Of a DNA stretch of 64,000 nucleotides, positions 57,777 to 64,000 are shown piece after piece. Origin of the DNA: an uncultured Nitrososphaeraceae archaeon (GTDB lineage: Archaea > Thermoproteota > Nitrososphaeria > Nitrososphaerales > Nitrososphaeraceae); contig CAWGVG010000033.1 of the NCBI GenBank assembly GCA_963825865.1, positions 66,540 through 130,539 on the forward strand, in the 5' to 3' direction. The position numbers and the translations under genes are program-made. Positions within the stretch are counted from its first letter, which is position 1. Each line of letters begins with the position of its first letter. Below the pieces are notes generated by a model. It made no database searches. It saw nothing but the letters and a program-made list of their open reading frames with translations, and was not told where the DNA came from.

Positions 57777-59266
57777 ATGAAGGTTGAACCCAACCGTGTA
57801 GGCCAATTTCCTTTTCGTAAGTCAGATCCTGAAGAAAGAAAGAAGAATTTCTCAGAAGTGCAGCAACCATACACAGAAGAGGAGGTAATGAGAGAAGCAG
57901 AACGCTGCCTGCTATGCGGAACGCCTGTATGCATAGATGCTTGTCCTGTTCTGCTGGATGTTAGAGGTATGAATGAGGCTGTTGCAAGAGGCGATTTTAG
58001 CAAAGCACATGAACGTATAAGGGAGACAAATACACTTCTTGGTGTAACTGCCAGATGCTGTCCTCAGCTGCAGGGTCTGTGTGAGGATGCTTGTGTGTTG
58101 CGTTGGAGCGGTCAGCCGATTGGGATCGGCCTGATTCAGAGATACATAGCAGACTGGGAACGCAAACAGCAAAAGCAACCAGATCCATCGACTTCACCTG
58201 ATACAGGTAAAAATGTCGCTGTGATTGGTGCTGGCCCTGCTGGCCTAGCTGGCGCGGAACTTCTCAAGAGGTATGGTCATCATGTGACTATATATGAGGA
58301 ATTATCGAGGCCTGGTGGGACCGCGTGGTATGGAATTCCAGACTATCATCTTCCAAAGAATGTATTGGATTACGAAATTGAGAGAATCAAAGGTATGGGA
58401 GTTAATATAAAGACGGATATTAAAGTTGGCAAAGATATTACTATGTCTCAGCTGCAGGATGGAAATGATGCTATCTTGATTGCTACAGGCTCAAAGGATA
58501 CTCTCAAGCTGGATACTCCTGGAATTGACTTTGAGGGAATATACGATGGATACCAGTTCCTCGAAGGAGTATTCGTCAACGGCGTGGAAAAGTACAAGAA
58601 GAATAATCCCGACAAATATGAGTTGGGAAGTGATGTCATAGTAATTGGCGGAGGGGATACGGCACTTGACTGTGCCAGAACCGCGTTGAGGCTGACTAAA
58701 GGGAATGTCACTATAGTATATAGGAGAACTGAAAACGACATGCCAGCCGATCCGATAATGTTGGAAGAAGCAAAGGAAGAGGGAGTAAAGTTCAGATTCC
58801 TCGCGCAGCCAAAGTCATACGAAGGTGACAATGGCCATGTTGTAGGAGCAGTAATGTATCTGATGCACTTGGTAAACCGGATGAGTCAGGAAGAAGGGAG
58901 CCAGAACCTGTTCCTAATAAAGAGATCAAGATAGAATGCTCAAGTGTTCTGCTAGCCGTTGGAAGAGGGCCAAATTCGTTTCTCCAGAAAAAGGCATGTA
59001 TAAAGGCAGGTAAGAAGAACGCAGTAGCTGTGGATAGTCAATATAAGACATCGATGAAAGGAGTCTTTGCTGCAGGAGATGTGACAACTGGAGAGACCCT
59101 TGTTGTGAAGGCGATGGGTTCTGGAAGAGAAGCTGCGCAGAGAGTACATGAATACCTGATGAATCTGGAGCAAAACCATATGTCTTTTTACGAGAGATAC
59201 TATACACAAAATTACTACGATCGAATGTTGGAAGGTGGTGCTGATACTGGATCGCCTCCACAGTAG
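57777..59266 (+). pseudogene. GltD/SudA-like Fe-S flavoprotein (glutamate synthase small-chain homologue), frameshifted near 58870
   Basis: RCLLC..CIDACP, CEDAC, VIGAGPAG, VIGGGDTALD, YRR; GVFAAGD in the downstream frame. Confidence 0.88.
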
Positions 59267-59427
59267 GTTACTAGGAGAACCCTCATCTTTTTTATAATGG
59301 AGCCTAAATTTTGATTAATTTTCTTCTCCATTTTAAATGGGAACTAACCCAGTTTTATCATCAAACCCTATTAACACAACTATAAAGTTGCTTAAATAAA
59401 ACGCAGGCTTATCAAAAATCTGTATGT

Positions 59428-60678
59428 ATGGCAGAAGGAGTAGCAGGAATAGGAATAGGAGAACTAGTAGCATATGATAATTTTATCAATTCGATAAAAA
59501 GCCAAGTGACGAGGGACAGATATGTTTACTGTCTTAAAAGGTATGTAAAATATCTCAAAGAAGACGAACATCATTTACTACAACAAGACGCAAAAATTGT
59601 CGAGTCAAATATCATAAAGTATGTGGTATGGCTAAAAAAGGATCAAAAGTTATCTGCTATTACAATCAACCTATACCTTGCTGCAGTCCTACACTTTTAC
59701 GCAATGAATGATATTGTGTTGAACAGAAAAAAGATATCGATGTATGTAGGCGATTACATACGAACAAACAAAGATAGGGCTTATACCATAGAGGAGATTC
59801 ATCATCTGTTAGAGTTCTGCGATGAAAGGGCTAAGGCTTTGGTATTGCTGCTGGCTTCAACTGGCATTCGTATAGGCGCTATACCAGACTTGCAATTAAA
59901 ACATTTGAAAAAAATACCTGAATATAATTTATATCAAATCACAATCTACGAAGGCACTAAAGAAGAACACTTTACCTTTACAACTCCTGAAGCAGCATAA
60001 GCAATTGATGTATACCTAAACTATAGGACTAGATCTGGTGAGAAGTTAGATGACAATTCACCTTTATTCAGAAAACAGTTTGACACATTAGACGCCAGAC
60101 ATCCGAAGAATATGGGTGTTCCAGCACTATCAAAATTACTAGAAGATAGATTACACAAATCAGGTCTTATGATAGCAATTAAAGAAACAGAAAGCACAAA
60201 GCACGGTCAAAAGAGAAATCCAATAGCCAGAGCACATGGTTTTAGGAAATTCGTGACAACGAATATGGTCCGAGCAAAGGTAAGCGCTGAAGCAAGAGAA
60301 ATGTTGTTAGGCCATTCTATCGGGTTGAACAAAGCGTATTATAGACCTGGTGAAGATGAGATTTTACAAGAATACCTAAAAGCAGTTGACTTTTTAACAA
60401 TAAATGAAGAGAATCGGCTAAAGGTTAAGGTCAAATCATTAGAGTCTGAAACATCAAAAATTGACCAATTGCAAAGTCAGGTTGTTAGACTTGGAACAAT
60501 GGTGACAAAATTAATCTCAGGTGTTTCAAAAGCAGCGGGAGATAAACAGCAAATCGAAGACGTGTTAAATGAGTTATATCCACCTGAAAAATATGGATAC
60601 GCATGTCGTAGCATTAAGAAGTCTAATCAATCAGAAGAAGAGCAGTTATCATCAGATCCTTCTTTAATAGCAAAATAA
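59428..60678 (+). pseudogene. Tyrosine recombinase/integrase with in-frame TAA at 59998-60000
   Basis: LASTGIRIGA (R), HGFRK (HxxR), LLGH, YYRP (Y); same frame continues AIDVYLNYR after the stop. Confidence 0.88.
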
Positions 60679-61222
60679 ATTAAAATGTTCCTCATTTTGG
60701 TAACGATCCTATTTTCCTCAATGAGTTAGCAAATTGATTCCTTTGTTTTTGTTTTTGTTTTTTCTATGCCTTTCAAATAACTAAAGTTGCAGACTACCAG
60801 TATACGGATTACGCTACCAATTGACGAATCACACTACTATTATACATTATTTAAACAAAATCTTTGTAAATATTTTGTGTCTCACAAACATATAAGCATG
60901 AAAAGAACAATGTTGAACAATGTTGAACATATTCTCATCCGCCTGCTATCAGCCTAGAATCATCCTTGATTGAACACGAAATTCATAAAGTTCAAAGATG
61001 GCGATCACAGATTACTGCAAATCATACCAGAGAGAACCACAGAAGAGTTAATTACATATGAAAGCCAGACAAACCAGTCAACAGATTCAAGTTCTATGTG
61101 CATTATCTTAGTTCAGAATCTGCTGGAGAATTATTGGAGTGGACTACATCTGAAACAGAAGCAGCAGAAATTCAAAGATTAGCCTAGCAACTGAAGGTTT
61201 TACCACAAGCAAGTACTGCGAA

Positions 61223-61654
61223 TTGGTATTAAAAGACAGGAACAGGCTATCGAAGGAAAATGCCCTTACCGTTTGCAACTATATCATTGACATGAAAAGA
61301 GAGATTAACCCCAGGCTTAACACAATAAAGACTGCAATCCAATTCCTGTCTGAATTATCTAGATTTGTTGGGATTGCAAAGCAGTTTAAGGATATGGCTA
61401 GGGATGATCTTATATCATATTTGGATAGCAATCGTAAATTAGAAAACGACGATCCTCTACACAAGTGGATAGGCAGTTATAACTCAAAACGAATGACGCC
61501 TATTAGGTTCTTCAAATGGCTGTACGATCAAAATGTAGATAACTCTAAAATGAGAAGTGAATTATCTGCAGAAGAGAGAAAGCCAGAATGTATTATTGGT
61601 ATCCCTCAATTAAATAGAAAAGAAGTAAGTTGCTATAAACCATCAGGTTGCTAG
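61223..61654 (+). pseudogene. N-terminal fragment of a second integrase-like protein
   Basis: DDLISYLDS.RK..DDPLHKWIGSYN...RFFKWLY core-binding-domain style; ends before any catalytic domain. Confidence 0.65.
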
Positions 61655-61694
61655 CATTAAACACTAAAAATACAACTTATTCCTTCATATTATT

Positions 61695-62957
61695 TTAGCT
61701 ACTGCGATTGATAAAATAGCGTATGTTGCTTTTTATTTTATCAGATATATGACTTCTCTTAAATCCTATTTTTTGTAGTATTTCATAAGCAAATAAAAGT
61801 ATTTGTAATTGCTGATGGTGTTCGGACATGAAATTATTATAGTTGTTAATCACGCCAACATAACTTTTTATCATATTCTCAAATTGATAATATCTGTAAT
61901 CGAGCACAGTAACACCTGCTAAATTCTTGAGACTAATTGGACACCACCTTATTTTAGATTTTTTAGATGGGTCATAATGTTTGATAAAATAATAGTTGTA
62001 TCTATCAAACTCACCATTGTTCAAAATACGCTCATTGATATTAAAATTGTGTAAGGTTCCTTCTTTATCTGAGCTAGTATCGTGCTTAATAATTTCGGAA
62101 ATAAGGACCAATAATTCTGAATAGAAAGGAAAATAATCTCTAATGTCTTGTAATAGTTGCTTGGTCTTGCTTTGTTTATTGCGTATGTGTTTTACTGATA
62201 ATTTGACTTGAACTTTTGTTTTGGATTTGTTGTCTTCAGAATCCAGCACAACTGCGTTCAATGAACTTGCTGCATTATATCCATGCTTTTTTACGTCATC
62301 ATAAATTTTTATCCATTGAATCCAATCTCTACGTGATCTTTCGTCATAATAGAAAGAATTAGAGTAAAAATTAGTATATATTCCACGTATATATCCTGTG
62401 TGGCAGGAATAGGGCGAATCTTTAAAGAAATCAGATAATGTTTTGCATACTATTGCTGCATATAGAAAAGCTATGGACAATTTCGCAATAGATCCAGTGT
62501 TCCTAGGAAGTGGCATATGCATTGTCTCTTCGTAGGGATCTTTCCAACCGCTGTTCTTTTCTATATTTGCTTGTTCATTTTCTCGTATTCTACTATCTTC
62601 GTTAATCTGGTTATCTTTTTTCTTCACTTTGGTTATATTCTTTAGTTTTAATAATCTCTCATATTGGCGTGATTCAAATAGATTTATTTGGTCCATAGAA
62701 TGGAGATTACCGAGTAACTCTGCAAAGTGTTTGTAAACAGCAGTGGACAATTTATCGTCATCTTCTTGGTTATCAAGTGGAAACCTTATAATCGCCTTGT
62801 GCATTCTAAGACAGACCTTGGCCGCATAGTCCCAGGCTTCAGATACAGTCTTGATGTCCTTTAATTTAGGAAGATATACTGCTCTTTTGACTTGTCTTTT
62901 TGTAAGAGTTGCCGCCTGTGGACCTGCAAATAGGACACGATAGGTTACTTTTCGCAC
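61695..62957 (-). CDS. Hypothetical protein (probable mobile-element cargo)
   Basis: 420-aa ORF, K/Y/N-rich, no recognised motif. Confidence 0.7.
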   Translation of the reverse strand: MRKVTYRVLFAGPQAATLTKRQVKRAVYLPKLKDIKTVSEAWDYAAKVCLRMHKAIIRFPLDNQEDDDKLSTAVYKHFAELLGNLHSMDQINLFESRQYERLLKLKNITKVKKKDNQINEDSRIRENEQANIEKNSGWKDPYEETMHMPLPRNTGSIAKLSIAFLYAAIVCKTLSDFFKDSPYSCHTGYIRGIYTNFYSNSFYYDERSRRDWIQWIKIYDDVKKHGYNAASSLNAVVLDSEDNKSKTKVQVKLSVKHIRNKQSKTKQLLQDIRDYFPFYSELLVLISEIIKHDTSSDKEGTLHNFNINERILNNGEFDRYNYYFIKHYDPSKKSKIRWCPISLKNLAGVTVLDYRYYQFENMIKSYVGVINNYNNFMSEHHQQLQILLFAYEILQKIGFKRSHISDKIKSNIRYFINRSS

Positions 62958-63019
62958 GTGACATTGATAGGTATCAACCAGTTGGTTCTATCATTCTAGT
63001 TATATAATTTTCATAATTA

Positions 63020-63184
63020 ATGGAAAATACCATAGTAGAATATAGAAAAGTGCAAGGCATAGTCGGCGAAAGCTCTTTTTCTGTTATTTTGCCGAAATCG
63101 TATGCCATTAGACTAGGAATTGGAAAGGGTGATTTTGTTAAGATTCACGAACAAAATCAGAAAATTGTTATAGAAAAGGCTTAG
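63020..63184 (+). CDS. AbrB/MazE/SpoVT-family DNA-binding microprotein (not in ORF track)
   Basis: MENTIVEYRKVQGIVGESSFSVILPKSYAIRLGIGKGDFVKIHEQNQKIVIEKA. Confidence 0.8.
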   Translation: MENTIVEYRKVQGIVGESSFSVILPKSYAIRLGIGKGDFVKIHEQNQKIVIEKA

Positions 63185-63442
63185 AACAAAGGAGAAAAAA
63201 TGAAATGACTTGCACTCATGATTGTAGGGAATCTATCAATAAACCTTTCAGGATACACCCCAGACAGATTTTTAATTTCATTATTGGTAAAATTATAAGG
63301 ACTAGAAGATGGGCATTTTTTGATTACTATATTGCTCGGGAAATTACATTCTCCTTATGGATAATCTACTGTTATTCTTCCAGTAGGAGAAGTAGTTGCA
63401 ATTGCCAAAAGTTCGTAGCATAATAACAAGGAGATTAGAAAT

Positions 63443-64000
63443 ATGCAAAAATTTGCAGAGAATATACCAATACACTATTCCCAAAATATACCATTAGCTC
63501 AATTAGGACAATATGGCGATGGTGGCGGCTATAAGAAGAAACTTCGGCGCTACACCCGGGTTCAGGAGGTAGAGCAACTAGCTGTTAGAAAATATAAGAA
63601 CAATGGCAAAGGTATGACTTTTAATGATTTACTCTCAACTGGATTGGCTTCACATAAAGAACATGCCCAAATTACATTGAAACATTGTCTTGAAAAGCAA
63701 GTTCTATTCACTATATCAAATCATAAACCGCAACAATACTATCCTACATCTCTTAGAGCTGAAATCTTAAAGAATAAACTATCAAGGAATCTACCAGTAG
63801 GGGTCACGGAGGTAGGCTACTCTGAAGCATCTTTTTTATCAAATAATGCAAATAGCAAAAGTAACAATTTCTGCACTGATAGTATTGCCATCCCGTCCTT
63901 GGAAGGCTATGTTCTACCATTGCTACCTTCAGCCCCATTGTATATACATAAGATGCAATTCAAGCTAAATATTACACCAGAGTGCTATGCTGAACTTCAT
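63443..64000 (+). CDS. Hypothetical protein with possible winged-helix N-terminus, truncated by window end
   Basis: Open frame MQKFAENIP...GKGMTFNDLL...AQITLKHC...KPQQYYP...LYIHKMQFKL to the end of the sequence. Confidence 0.7.
   Translation, partial: MQKFAENIPIHYSQNIPLAQLGQYGDGGGYKKKLRRYTRVQEVEQLAVRKYKNNGKGMTFNDLLSTGLASHKEHAQITLKHCLEKQVLFTISNHKPQQYYPTSLRAEILKNKLSRNLPVGVTEVGYSEASFLSNNANSKSNNFCTDSIAIPSLEGYVLPLLPSAPLYIHKMQFKLNITPECYAELH

Noticed and set aside
535-59261. Numerous short ORFs antisense to or nested in well-supported genes (e.g. 535-831, 9742-10032, 19001-19378, 58448-58831)
   Set aside because: Shadow ORFs with no motifs, opposite clear coding sequences
60906-60929. AACAATGTTG tandem repeat (about 2.5 copies)
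   Set aside because: Too short; probably a slippage duplication in decayed sequence

Overview
AT-rich archaeal chromosomal segment. Gene content and protein style (cofD-cofC, MtrA-like protein, dodecins, C2H2 microproteins, class III cyclases) point to a soil ammonia-oxidising archaeon of the Nitrososphaeraceae; this is inferred, not searched. A short core-like block (cofD, cofC, Mrr-like nuclease) is followed by a long accessory region. It holds transporters, topoisomerase IA, a cytochrome P450, two nucleotide cyclases, a solo Cas4-like nuclease, redox enzymes and secreted proteins. It also holds two IS elements with recognisable ends, an IS481 remnant, and the start of a tyrosine-recombinase-associated element that runs off the right edge. 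Many accessory ORFs are split by single indels or stops. No rRNA, intact tRNA or CRISPR array was seen. The main unannotated signals are (1) a phased array of TTATCAC heptamers (mostly 18-19 bp period, plus a triplet abutting the start codon) upstream of a small ribbon-helix-helix-like gene, resembling an iteron/centromere-operator module, (2) a well-formed C/D-box guide sRNA at 121-182, (3) an 87-bp coding tandem repeat in a secreted protein, and (4) a degenerate second copy of the parvulin gene.
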